Origin: Deltaproteobacteria bacterium
GTDB taxonomy: Bacteria > Myxococcota_A > UBA796 > SXON01
DNA: 48,663 nucleotides
Assembly: GCA_016875435.1 (NCBI GenBank)
Contig: VGRE01000002.1
Coordinates: forward strand, 1-48,663
Reading direction: 5' to 3'
Below are positions 1-8,760 of the stretch, piece after piece. Numbering within the stretch: the stretch's first letter is position 1; each line of letters opens with the position of its first letter. Under the pieces are notes generated by a model. That model made no database searches. It was not told where the DNA came from and saw only the letters and a list, made by a program, of their open reading frames with translations. A program made the position numbers and the translations under genes.

Positions 1-57
1 ACGCTGGCGGGGAGGAGAAGGAGGAGTGACCGGGGGCTCGGCATGGCCGGCAATATG

Positions 58-1263
58 TCATCTGCGGCGGGCTTGCGCCCAGGCGAGTGCGTCGTCGCGG
101 GTGGTGAACTCGCCGGTGAGCTGGGCCTCGCGCACCCCGGCCAGGAACTCGCCCACCGCACGGCCCGGCGCCACCCCGAGCATCGCGGCGTCGCGCCCGC
201 CGAGGAGCTGGGGCAGCGGTGCCCGCAGGATGCCGAGCCGCGCTGCCGCCTCCCGGAGAGCGGGGGCGTCGACGAGGAGCGAGAGGAGTTCGAGTTCGAC
301 GTCCTCGGCGATCCGGCGCGCGCGCGTGTCGAGCGCGCCGTCGTCGCGCGCTGCCTGCCACGCCGCCCGCCCCCTCGCCAGCGCCACCGCCAGCTTGCGC
401 ACGTCGGTCCCCCGCCAGCGGAAAATGTTGAGCTGGTCGAGCGCTGCGAGGAGGCCCGCCTCGCCGGCGCTGGCGGCAGCGAGCAAGAGCGCGAAGCGGC
501 GAGCGGGCGGTTGGACGTCGTAAGCGGCGACGCGGTCGAGTTCGGTCGGCACCTCGGTGTCCCAGGCCGGGACCACCTTGCGCCACGCGCCCGTCGCGCG
601 CGCGACCGCCCAGCCCCGCGAGGGTGGTCGTCCCATCAGGAGCAACTTCTCCACCTCGCCGAGCACCCGCTCAGGCGGCAGCTCGGCGAGAGGCATCGCG
701 CGGCAGAGCGCTTCGAGCGACGGGTGGAGCGCGTAGCCGAACCGCGCGGCGAACTGGACCACGCGCAAGGCGCGGAGCGGGTCCTCGACGAATGTGCTCT
801 CGTCAACCGCCCGCAGCACGCCCAACTCGACGTCCCGTGCCCCCGCGAAAGGATCCTCGAGCTCGTCATGTAGTGGATCGTAGGCTATTGCGTTTATTGT
901 CAAGTCACGACGACGTGCCGCCTCGACGATACCGAGATCAGGGTCGGCGGTCACCTGGATGCCGCGGTGCCCGGGGCCGGACTTGCTGTCGCGCCGGGGC
1001 AGGCTCACGTCGACCTCGCAGTCGCCCTGCCTGAGCTTGAACACGCCGAAGCTACGGCCCACCTCGTTGACGCGGCCCAGCCGGTCGAGCATCGCGCGAA
1101 GTTCGTCAACGCCGATACCGTGCACCTCCACGTCAAGGTCGTGCGTGGGCTCGCCTCGGAGGGCGTCGCGCACGCCGCCCCCCACGAGCAAGGCTCGACC
1201 CCCCCCGCGTCGCGCGGCGTGGCAGAGCGCTCGCACCAGGGGCGGGAGGTCCACGAGGGGCAT
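58..1263 (-). CDS. cca: CCA-adding enzyme / poly(A) polymerase-family tRNA nucleotidyltransferase
   Basis: 401-aa ORF, ATG at 1263, TGA at 58. N-terminal class-II nucleotidyltransferase head (LLVGGGVRDALRG..THDLDVEVHG..RSFGVFKL). GC3-rich frame; overlapping + strand ORFs are R/S/P-rich shadows. Confidence 0.85.
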   Translation of the reverse strand: MPLVDLPPLVRALCHAARRGGGRALLVGGGVRDALRGEPTHDLDVEVHGIGVDELRAMLDRLGRVNEVGRSFGVFKLRQGDCEVDVSLPRRDSKSGPGHRGIQVTADPDLGIVEAARRRDLTINAIAYDPLHDELEDPFAGARDVELGVLRAVDESTFVEDPLRALRVVQFAARFGYALHPSLEALCRAMPLAELPPERVLGEVEKLLLMGRPPSRGWAVARATGAWRKVVPAWDTEVPTELDRVAAYDVQPPARRFALLLAAASAGEAGLLAALDQLNIFRWRGTDVRKLAVALARGRAAWQAARDDGALDTRARRIAEDVELELLSLLVDAPALREAAARLGILRAPLPQLLGGRDAAMLGVAPGRAVGEFLAGVREAQLTGEFTTRDDALAWAQARRR

Positions 1264-1315
1264 CGCCCTCCCGTAATCACGGCAGCCCCGCCGCCGGGAG
1301 TGTTACCCGGGGGGC

Positions 1316-1843
1316 ATGTTGGCTTGCCTTCTCGGCTCGGCGATGGCCGCGAGCGTTCCTGGTCCCAGCCTCCACGTGGGTGATCCCGCGTTGTTGTTCG
1401 CCCTGCCCGCCATCAACGAGGACGCGGCGCTGCGCGCGGTGGCGCGCCCCACGGTGGCGCTAAGCGACTTCACCGGGGTTTCACCGGGCTTCCCGGTGGG
1501 CGTGCTGGTTGTTCACTTCATGCGCCGCGAAGGCGGAGAGGGCCAGCTCCAGGCGCTCGCGCGGCTCGACAAGAAGTACGCATCCAAGGACGTGAGCTTC
1601 GTGGCCATCCTCGTGGGTTCGAGCGACGTCGCCGACACCTCGAGCTGGGTCCAGGGGCAGCGAGTGGACTACCCGGTGCTCGACGACGCCCACGGCATCG
1701 TCGCCGACCGGTACGGTATCCGTGCCTACCCGATGACGTTCGTGGTCGGAGAGAGCGGCGACGTCATCGCCATCGGGCATGCCGCCAGCAGCTTGCTGGA
1801 GACTGATCTCGACGCGATCCTGGCGCCCCGGGCCAAAAAGTAG
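1316..1843 (+). CDS. secreted thioredoxin-fold (TlpA/AhpC-TSA-like redoxin) protein lacking the CxxC active site
   Basis: 175-aa ORF with a hydrophobic N-terminus. Redoxin-like layout (VLVVHFMRREGGEGQ..VSFVAILVGS..VDYPVLDDAHGIVADRYGIRAYPMTFVVGESGDV). No Cys where WCxxC normally sits. Confidence 0.6.
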   Translation: MLACLLGSAMAASVPGPSLHVGDPALLFALPAINEDAALRAVARPTVALSDFTGVSPGFPVGVLVVHFMRREGGEGQLQALARLDKKYASKDVSFVAILVGSSDVADTSSWVQGQRVDYPVLDDAHGIVADRYGIRAYPMTFVVGESGDVIAIGHAASSLLETDLDAILAPRAKK

Positions 1844-1901
1844 CCGAGGCTAGTGCGATGTTTCGCAGGAGCCTCCCCAACTGACGACGCTCGCGCTATC
1901 G

Positions 1902-1940
1902 CGAACGCGCGGCGTTCGTCGGGGTGCGCCGGCGGCGCAC
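1902..1940. terminator. two GC hairpins in a convergent intergenic region (possible bidirectional terminator)
   Basis: cgaacgc-gcg-gcgttcg (1902-1918) and gtgcgcc-ggc-ggcgcac (1924-1940), each a 7-bp stem. They lie between the stops of 1316..1843(+) and 2040..3686(-). No U-tract. Confidence 0.25.
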
Positions 1941-2039
1941 TGGGGGGCAGCCCGCCGCACCACCAAGTAGGCCGTCGCGCTCGGGCAGCGCGCGAGCAAG
2001 GCGACCGGCGAATTCGTAACGAACGCGCGGAATGGCGGC

Positions 2040-3686
2040 CTAGCCCGACGACGTGAGCGCGCGGCCGTTCTGCTGTGCAGGGGCGGCCAGCCGCAGGCTC
2101 GCGGGGGACTCGTCGACCACCCCGGGGACGCTCGCGATGACCACGGAGATGTTGTCCTTGCCGCCGCCAAGGTGCGCGGCGCGCACGAGTTCGCGGGCGG
2201 CGGAGCGGTTGTCCTCGTGTTGCCCGAGGACCTGCTCCATCTCCTCGTCCTCGACCTCGCCCCAGAGGCCGTCGGAGCAGAGGAGGATGCGATCGTTCGG
2301 CTCGAGATCGACGCGGAAGATGTCGATGTCGACATTGCGCTCGGTCCCAACCGTCCGCAGCAGGATGTTGCTGTGCGGGTGGTTGCGCGCCTCGTCGGCG
2401 GTGAGACGATTCTGCTCCACCATGCGCGCGACGAGGGAGTGGTCGCGCGTGACCTGGTGAAGCGTGCCGTTGCGGATGAGGTAGCCGCGCGAGTCGCCAA
2501 CGTTGGCGCACAGCGCCACGCTGTCGTCGATGACCATGCAGGCGACCAGCGTGGTGCCCATGTCGTTGCCGCGCGCCTCGGCGTTACCCTTGATGGTGTT
2601 GTTGGCCGCCTGGAAGGCCTGGTCGAGGATCGTCTCGATCTCGTCGACCCCGGGCCTCGGCGTCACGTCGATGCGCTGCCGCGCCACCTGGATCAAGGTC
2701 TCGACGGCGAGCCTACTCGCCACCTCGCCGCAGTCGTGGCCGCCCATGCCGTCAGCCACCACGAAGAGTTCCACGCCCGCACCCAGCCGTGCCCAGCCCC
2801 AGTTGTCCTCGTTGAGCGCCCGCTGGAGGCCGACGTCGGTCATTCCCGCGTGTCGCGTGCTGGTATTGGCGCGCTGGTGGTTGGCCTCGATCTGCAGCGC
2901 CCGCCCGAACTCGGCGGCGGAGGAGAAGGCGCCTCGTTCAGCCTCGAGGTAGAACTGCTGCCACTCGCGCTCCTCCAGCGGCGTGTACCGCCGGAGGATC
3001 TCGCCGAGCTGCATCACGACGGCGCGGGTGTCCTCGGGCCCCAGGGGCCCATCGGTGACCGAGGCCACCTCGGGATCGAACAGCATGATCTCGCCCGAGG
3101 GCCGCAGCAGGAAGTTGGAGCGGTTGAGCCACCCTAGGCGGACACCGTTGAAGCTGAGCATGCCAAGCATGCCGCAGGCGCGTTGCGCGAAGCGCACCAC
3201 CTTCGCCAGTGGGAGCGGGGCGGCCTCGTCCAGGAGGAATGTCTCGCCGTTGTAGGGGACGACCGAGCACAACTGGTTCGGATGGTCGTCGGGCCAGGGG
3301 AAGACGTCGCAGGGGGACAGAAACGCCGGGTGGGCGATCTGCCGCTGAAAGAAGGTGGTGTAGGCCTCGAAGGCGTTGCGGTCCCACCGGGAGGAAAGCA
3401 AAAACCTCCGCACGGCCAGGGAGGCGCCACACGACTCGCAGTTCCCGTAGCTCTGCCGGTTCTCCTCGTGCCCGCACTCCCAGCAGCGGCGGTGGGCCCG
3501 GTCGGGCCGATGGTCGTTCACGAGGTAGAACATGCGACCTTCGCTGAGGCGCACGAGCCCCTCCACCCGGTAGTAGTCGGAGACGTTGCTCCCGGGTGGG
3601 AAACTGGAGGGGCGGGCGCGCGAGCCGCTGGCCATTGTGCGGACGTAACCGCGGCGCGCACTCTCCGGCGAGCGGGAGGTATGCAA
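2040..3686 (-). CDS. PP2C-family Ser/Thr phosphatase fused to an N-terminal kinase-like (pseudokinase) domain carrying a zinc ribbon
   Basis: 548-aa ORF (alternative ATG at 3635, MASGS). The C-terminal half has PP2C motifs (RALNEDNWGW, FVVADGMGGH, DGLW, GGKDNISVVIA). The N-terminal half has a CWECGH..CESCG ribbon (about 3429-3485) and a kinase-like layout without HRD/DFG. Confidence 0.85.
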   Translation of the reverse strand: MHTSRSPESARRGYVRTMASGSRARPSSFPPGSNVSDYYRVEGLVRLSEGRMFYLVNDHRPDRAHRRCWECGHEENRQSYGNCESCGASLAVRRFLLSSRWDRNAFEAYTTFFQRQIAHPAFLSPCDVFPWPDDHPNQLCSVVPYNGETFLLDEAAPLPLAKVVRFAQRACGMLGMLSFNGVRLGWLNRSNFLLRPSGEIMLFDPEVASVTDGPLGPEDTRAVVMQLGEILRRYTPLEEREWQQFYLEAERGAFSSAAEFGRALQIEANHQRANTSTRHAGMTDVGLQRALNEDNWGWARLGAGVELFVVADGMGGHDCGEVASRLAVETLIQVARQRIDVTPRPGVDEIETILDQAFQAANNTIKGNAEARGNDMGTTLVACMVIDDSVALCANVGDSRGYLIRNGTLHQVTRDHSLVARMVEQNRLTADEARNHPHSNILLRTVGTERNVDIDIFRVDLEPNDRILLCSDGLWGEVEDEEMEQVLGQHEDNRSAARELVRAAHLGGGKDNISVVIASVPGVVDESPASLRLAAPAQQNGRALTSSG

Positions 3687-3742
3687 AGGTTCTGGGAAGG
3701 GCGCGGCAGCGCGAGGCGCCTCGCGAGGCTAGGCCGCGCGGA

Positions 3743-4927
3743 ATGACTTGCCCGGCGCCCTTCACTCTCGAAGCTGGCGAGCCCCGCGGACCACGGGCTG
3801 GCCTCCTCGGCGTGCGAGGTCGACAGCTGCGCACCCCCATGTTCATGCCGGTGGGCACTCAGGGCGCGATTCGCACGCTCTCACCCCTTCACCTGGCCGG
3901 CACGGGCGCCCAGATCATCCTGGCCAACACCTACCACTTGAGCCAGCGGCCGGGGGAGGAGATCGTCAAGCGCGCCGGTGGCCTCCACAAGTTCATGGCC
4001 GTCGACCTTCCGATTCTCACCGACTCCGGCGGCTTTCAGGTCTTCTCGCTTGAGCACAAGGAGATCTCCGAGGAGGGGGTGAAGTTCCGCTACGAGGTCG
4101 ATGGGAAGCAGACGTTCCTCACCCCCGAGCGCTCGATGGAGATCCAGCAAGCGCTCGGCTCCGACATCGCGATGGTGTTCGACGAGTGCCTCCCGTTCGG
4201 GGGCGACCGTGCCTACGCGGAGCGAAGCGTCGAGCGCACCGCACGCTGGGAGGCGAGGAGCAAGGCGGCTCACTCGCGCGGGGACCAGAGCCTGTTCGGT
4301 ATCGTGCAAGGGGGCTTCTGGCCCGACCTCCGACGGCGCAGCGCGGAGCAGGTCCAGGCGATCGGCTTCGACGGGCTGGCGATAGGCGGCTTGTCGGTGG
4401 GCGAGGGCCACGCCCGGATGTGCGAGGTGCTGGACTGGACCGTGCCGCACGTCGACACCCGGCTCGCGCGCTACCTCATGGGGGTGGGGCGTCCGCTCGA
4501 TCTCGTCGAGGGCGTGGCGCGAGGCATCGACATGTTCGACTGCGTGATCGCGACGAGGCACGCGCGCAGCGGCACGGTGTACACGAACGTGGGGCGTATT
4601 CGACTGACCGACCAGCGCTATCGTCGCGACATGTACCCGCTCGACAGATCTTGCGACTGCTACACCTGCACGACGTTTACCCGCGCCTACCTGCACCACC
4701 TCTTCCGGGTCGGCGAGGTCTTGGCGGCCACGCTCTGCACCCTCCATAATGTCCACTGGTTCTCCAGTTTCATGGCGAGAATGCGGGCCTCGATCGTCGA
4801 GGGTAGCTTCGAGTCGTACCGGGCATGGGTTCGTGCGACCTACCCGGAGGACACGGCGCCCCGGCCGGTCGCGGGCGTGGTGCCGGGGCAGCGCAAGCCG
4901 AGCAAGTCTCGCCGCGACGAGGACTAG
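3743..4927 (+). CDS. tgt: tRNA-guanine transglycosylase (queuine tRNA-ribosyltransferase)
   Basis: ATG at 3743 inside the 3596..4927 ORF. Motifs FMPVGTQGAIRTL, LANTYHL, ILTDSGGFQVFSL, and zinc site CDCYTC..H. Confidence 0.92.
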   Translation: MTCPAPFTLEAGEPRGPRAGLLGVRGRQLRTPMFMPVGTQGAIRTLSPLHLAGTGAQIILANTYHLSQRPGEEIVKRAGGLHKFMAVDLPILTDSGGFQVFSLEHKEISEEGVKFRYEVDGKQTFLTPERSMEIQQALGSDIAMVFDECLPFGGDRAYAERSVERTARWEARSKAAHSRGDQSLFGIVQGGFWPDLRRRSAEQVQAIGFDGLAIGGLSVGEGHARMCEVLDWTVPHVDTRLARYLMGVGRPLDLVEGVARGIDMFDCVIATRHARSGTVYTNVGRIRLTDQRYRRDMYPLDRSCDCYTCTTFTRAYLHHLFRVGEVLAATLCTLHNVHWFSSFMARMRASIVEGSFESYRAWVRATYPEDTAPRPVAGVVPGQRKPSKSRRDED

Positions 4928-5682
4928 CCCAGCCGCCACCACGCGAGGGCGCTCAGTGCGAGCAGCAAGAGGGCGAGCCAGCGCGCCGTCCGCAGGGTTC
5001 GGTCGGCGGCGAGGCTCCAGGGGCCGGTGATGCCGTCGCGGCCGCGGCTGCCCGTGGTCGTGGTGTCCTCTCCCGATGAGGCGCGCGAGACGGCGTCGAC
5101 GGCAGTTGCCGTGTCGTCGACCTCGAGCCGCTCGCTCGCCGGTGCCGCAGGGGCTGCTCGGAGCGCGCGGGCGATGCTGCGTGGGGAGGCGGCGGGCGCC
5201 GCCAGCGCTGGCAGCCCATCGGGCGGCTCGTCGGCGATGCGGGCCTTCAAGGCTGGGCACGGACCCCCGTCTCCGGCCACCGCCGCGCGGCTCGCGAGGC
5301 TCGAGGCAATCCAGGTGAGTAGCGCCGTGCGCTGCTGCTCGATCCCGGCCTCCTCGGTGGCCACGCCGGTCCGCTCGCCCGTCACGGACCTGTCTGTCTC
5401 GAGGTCGAATAGCCCACCGGCGTCCCGGTCGGGGCCGATCGGCACGCGAACCTCGTCCAGCGGCGGCGACAAGTCGATGTCGAAGTGCGCCCCGTTCGCA
5501 GGTAGGTTGCTCTCGGCGGGCACGGCCCAGACGGCGTTGCCATCGTACATGCCGAGCCACGCGGCCTGCGGGGGGGCGCTATCGGTGTGCAGCGCGAGCA
5601 CGCGCCCGTCGGCCGTTCGCGCCAGCAGGGGGAACACCCCGGGGAGGGAGTCCCCGACGCACGCGCACCTCAGGGTGGCCAC
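4924..5682 (-). CDS. hypothetical protein with a C-terminal hydrophobic anchor
   Basis: 3' part of the 1109-aa shadow-extended ORF. GC3-rich codons. The GTG at 5682 overlaps the TGA of the upstream gene (GTGGCCACCCTGA). C-terminal WLALLLLALSALAWW. No family recognised; start uncertain. Confidence 0.45.
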   Translation of the reverse strand: MATLRCACVGDSLPGVFPLLARTADGRVLALHTDSAPPQAAWLGMYDGNAVWAVPAESNLPANGAHFDIDLSPPLDEVRVPIGPDRDAGGLFDLETDRSVTGERTGVATEEAGIEQQRTALLTWIASSLASRAAVAGDGGPCPALKARIADEPPDGLPALAAPAASPRSIARALRAAPAAPASERLEVDDTATAVDAVSRASSGEDTTTTGSRGRDGITGPWSLAADRTLRTARWLALLLLALSALAWWRLG

Positions 5683-6203
5683 TGGTCCTCCACGAAGATC
5701 GGCGTGGCTGGGGCCGGTTCGTCGAGCCGCAAGCTCTCCAGGAACACCCGCCAGGCCGGCGCTTGGGCGTCGAGGAGCGCGGGGGGCGCGAACAGCGTCA
5801 ACTCCACGAGGCGGGCCTCCGTGCGCACCATGATCGTCGTGTAGCCGATCAGCTCGCGGCGCCACCGTCGCACGCCAGTGACCGCGTACCCACGTCGCCC
5901 GTCCACCAGCACCTCGTGCTCCGCCAGGACCGCGCTCTCGACGCCGAGGCGACGGCCCCAGGACAGTGCCCGGACGCTGGCGAGAACGCCGAGCGGAAGT
6001 TGCCGCGCGCGGCCGCGACTCGGTTGTACCGTCAGGCTGATCGCGGCAGCGTCGCGCGCCAGCACCAGGTTGTCCGTCCCGAACCACCGGTAGTTGCGGG
6101 TCACCTCCCAGCCTGCGGGTGGGTCGATGCTGAAGCGCCCCGGCCCGCCGGGGGTCCAGGCCGCGCCGCAGGCAAGCAGGAGTAGCGCGAGAAGAGTTGT
6201 CAC
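5670..6203 (-). CDS. hypothetical lipoprotein
   Basis: 177-aa ORF with a signal peptide plus lipobox (MTTLLALLLLAC). No recognisable catalytic motif. Confidence 0.6.
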   Translation of the reverse strand: MTTLLALLLLACGAAWTPGGPGRFSIDPPAGWEVTRNYRWFGTDNLVLARDAAAISLTVQPSRGRARQLPLGVLASVRALSWGRRLGVESAVLAEHEVLVDGRRGYAVTGVRRWRRELIGYTTIMVRTEARLVELTLFAPPALLDAQAPAWRVFLESLRLDEPAPATPIFVEDQWPP

Positions 6204-6360
6204 TGCGCGATTCTAGCGCGCGTGCGCCGGCCGGATCTCCCGCGTCGGCGCAATTAGCCCGGTATACTTGCGGCTCTCGCATTCCCCCGCCTGTCGAGGT
6301 GTCGACTTGGTACGACTCGTCTTCTACCGGGGCCCGCCCCACGAGCCTTCCGACGCGGTG

Positions 6361-7917
6361 ATGTCCCTCAAGGTCCCGGATGGGCGCACGCGCATCGGGC
6401 GCACCGATGACTGCGACATCGTGTTGCCCAACGAGGACATCAGCCGTTCGCACTGCATCCTCGACACCGAGCGCGGGGTCATCACCCTCACGGATCGATC
6501 TCTCAACGGCACCTTCGTCAACGGCGCGCGCATCCAGCGGCACACCCTCCGGGATGGCGAGATCGTCCGCATGGGGCCATTCTTCATGGTGGTCGACCCG
6601 GCCGTCGATGACTCGCCCACCGAGAAGGCCCAGCCGGAGAGGCGCTTCGAGGAGCTGGTCTACGCGGGCGAGGGGATCGAGGTGAACGAGGCGTGGCTGG
6701 CTGTCACCCGGGGGCGGGACGAGGGGCGACGCTTCCGCCTCCGCCGCGCGACGATCACCGTCGGAGGGCCCGGCAGCGACGTGGTGCTGCACGACGATGG
6801 GGTGGTGCCCGCCCACATCCGGCTGCACCTCATCCACGGCCGGGCGATGGTGGAGCCGGGGAGCGGGGCGTGCCGGGTCAATGGTTTGCGCCCCCGCGAC
6901 ATCTACCCGCTCCTCCCGGGCGACGAACTGGCGATCGGGGAGACCTCCCTCCGCCTCGAGTGGGTGGCCGCCCAAGATAATAGCGGCACGGACAGTTTTG
7001 GCGACCTGTGCGCCGCCTCGCCGTTCATGCGAACCCTCTTCGGCACTCTTCGCCGGGTGGCAGGGCACGCTGTCCAGGTGCTGATCGTCGGCGACTCCGG
7101 CACGGGCAAGGAGCTGATGGCCAAGGCCATCCACGATGCCTCGCCTCGCTCGTCTGGCCCATTTTATCCGGTGAATTGCGGCGCCTTTGCCGCCAATCTG
7201 GTGGAGTCGGAGCTCTTTGGCCACGAGAAGGGCTCGTTCACGGGCGCAACGGAGCGCAAGGATGGCGCGTTCCATAAGGCGAATGGCGGAACGCTGTTTC
7301 TTGACGAGATCGGAGAGCTCAGCGAGGACGCCCAGGCGAAGTTGCTCCGCGTGCTCGAGACGGGCGAGGTTCGCCGCGTGGGTGGCACCGAGCTCATGTT
7401 CCCCGACGCACGGATCGTCGCGGCCACGAATCGTTGGCTCCCGGAGCTCGTTCGCTCGGGACGGTTCCGCGCTGACCTGTACTACCGTCTCTCCGTGATC
7501 GCGGTCCGGATTCCCCCGCTGCGCGAACGTCGCGAGGACATCCCCGCCGTTGCCGAGGCCATCGCCGCGAAGGTGCGGCAAGGGACCACCATCACGCCGG
7601 AGGCCATGAAGCTCCTCGCCGCGTACGACTGGCCGGGGAACGGCCGCGAGTTGCGAAACGTCATCACGCGAGCCGTCGTCCTCAGCGGGCCGATCATCCT
7701 GCCGGAGCACATCATTTTCTGCCCTCTCGAGGAGCCGGGACGGTTGCCCTCGCCGTCGAAGTCGGCCGCGACGGCGCTCAAGGAGACCGACCGGGAGATG
7801 GTGGTCGAGGCCCTGCGCCGGGCCGAGGGGAACAAGGCCGAGGCCGCTCGCATCCTCGGAATGGCGCGGAGCTCGCTGCTCTACCGCATCAAGCTCTACG
7901 GGATTGAGCCGGACTGA
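6361..7917 (+). CDS. sigma54-dependent transcriptional activator with two N-terminal FHA domains
   Basis: ATG at 6361 (MSLKVPDG). FHA-like modules RIGRTDDCDIVLPNEDISRSHC..NGTFVNG and TVGGPGSDVVLHDD..AHIRL. AAA+ core VLIVGDSGTGKE, ESELFGHEKGSFTGA, TLFLDEIGEL. C-terminal Fis-type HTH NKAEAARILGMARSSLLYRIK. Confidence 0.9.
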   Translation: MSLKVPDGRTRIGRTDDCDIVLPNEDISRSHCILDTERGVITLTDRSLNGTFVNGARIQRHTLRDGEIVRMGPFFMVVDPAVDDSPTEKAQPERRFEELVYAGEGIEVNEAWLAVTRGRDEGRRFRLRRATITVGGPGSDVVLHDDGVVPAHIRLHLIHGRAMVEPGSGACRVNGLRPRDIYPLLPGDELAIGETSLRLEWVAAQDNSGTDSFGDLCAASPFMRTLFGTLRRVAGHAVQVLIVGDSGTGKELMAKAIHDASPRSSGPFYPVNCGAFAANLVESELFGHEKGSFTGATERKDGAFHKANGGTLFLDEIGELSEDAQAKLLRVLETGEVRRVGGTELMFPDARIVAATNRWLPELVRSGRFRADLYYRLSVIAVRIPPLRERREDIPAVAEAIAAKVRQGTTITPEAMKLLAAYDWPGNGRELRNVITRAVVLSGPIILPEHIIFCPLEEPGRLPSPSKSAATALKETDREMVVEALRRAEGNKAEAARILGMARSSLLYRIKLYGIEPD

Positions 7918-7925
7918 GCGGTGCC

Positions 7926-8585
7926 TCACGGCGTCACCCACGGGCCGCACGCGAGGCCGCGAGCGGCGGGAAGCTGTCCTCGGCTTGCCATCGACGACCA
8001 GGCGTCGCCCGCGAGGACGACGTGATCCAGCACCCGGATCCCCGCGATCTCGGCCACCTGGCACAGGCGATGAGTGACGCTCAGGTCCTCGGCCGACGGC
8101 TCCGGATCGCCGCTTGGATGGTTGTGCGCCACGACCAGAGACTTGGAGCCGGTTCGGAGCGCCTCCCCCACGAGGCCCGCCACGTCGAAGATCGTGTGCT
8201 CGGCGCTGCCCCTCGTCACCAGACCGGAGCGCAGCACGCGGCCTCGCGAGCATAGATACAGGGCGTGGAGTTCTTCATGGGGCAGGTTCCCGATGCGTGG
8301 GCCGAACCAGTCGACCACGTCGTGGGCCCTGGCCACGTGTTGCCGAGCCTGAGGGCGATGGAGTCGCCGCGCGAGCTCGAAACCCGCGTGGATGCGGGCG
8401 GCCGTGACGACGCCGCATCCGGTCACGTTGGCGAGGGCGGCTGCTGACTGGCGAGACACGGCGCGCGCGTCGCCGTAGGCCTCGATGAGCTTGCGGGCAG
8501 CATCGCGGCCCGCCACGAGGTGGAGAAGGTCCTCCGTCCCAAGCTCGTCGGGACCAAGGCGCAGGTAGTCGGAAGGGGTGGTCAT
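7926..8585 (-). CDS. radC: RadC-family JAB/MPN domain protein
   Basis: 219-aa ORF. C-terminal JAB motif VVAHNHPSGDPEPSAEDLSVTHRL. N-terminal helix-hairpin-helix-like region. Confidence 0.85.
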   Translation of the reverse strand: MTTPSDYLRLGPDELGTEDLLHLVAGRDAARKLIEAYGDARAVSRQSAAALANVTGCGVVTAARIHAGFELARRLHRPQARQHVARAHDVVDWFGPRIGNLPHEELHALYLCSRGRVLRSGLVTRGSAEHTIFDVAGLVGEALRTGSKSLVVAHNHPSGDPEPSAEDLSVTHRLCQVAEIAGIRVLDHVVLAGDAWSSMASRGQLPAARGLACGPWVTP

Positions 8586-8760
8586 GGCGCGCCGTCTCGC
8601 AAGGCCTGTGCCAAAGGTGAAAGGCAGGCTTTTCTCATGTGGCCGGGATGGCGGTGACGGACGTCCGTCGACAGCACGCCGAAGGCTTGACGTCCCAAAC
8701 GGTCAAGGGGCGGGGACGGGCGACACGCCGAAAAAAGTGCCGACGCGATAGCCGGGCCAC

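Noticed and set aside
3710-3725. 16-nt perfect palindrome CGCGAGGCGCCTCGCG between the PP2C fusion and tgt
   Set aside because: It is pure G/C-rich sequence. By rough composition-based expectation, palindromes of this length should occur about once or more per window of this size at this GC content. I recognise no known motif. It is kept only as a weak operator candidate.
4924-8253. 1109-aa ORF on the minus strand, the longest in the track
   Set aside because: It runs antisense through the well-supported FHA-sigma54 activator gene and across other genes. Its translation is R/G/P/A-rich with no motifs. Only its 3' end (4924-5682) looks coding. This is a typical high-GC shadow ORF.
8656-8669. 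14-nt palindrome GACGGACGTCCGTC in the radC/lgt divergent region
   Set aside because: The reasoning is the same as above: expected by chance several times in 48 kb of roughly 70% GC DNA, and it matches no known motif.
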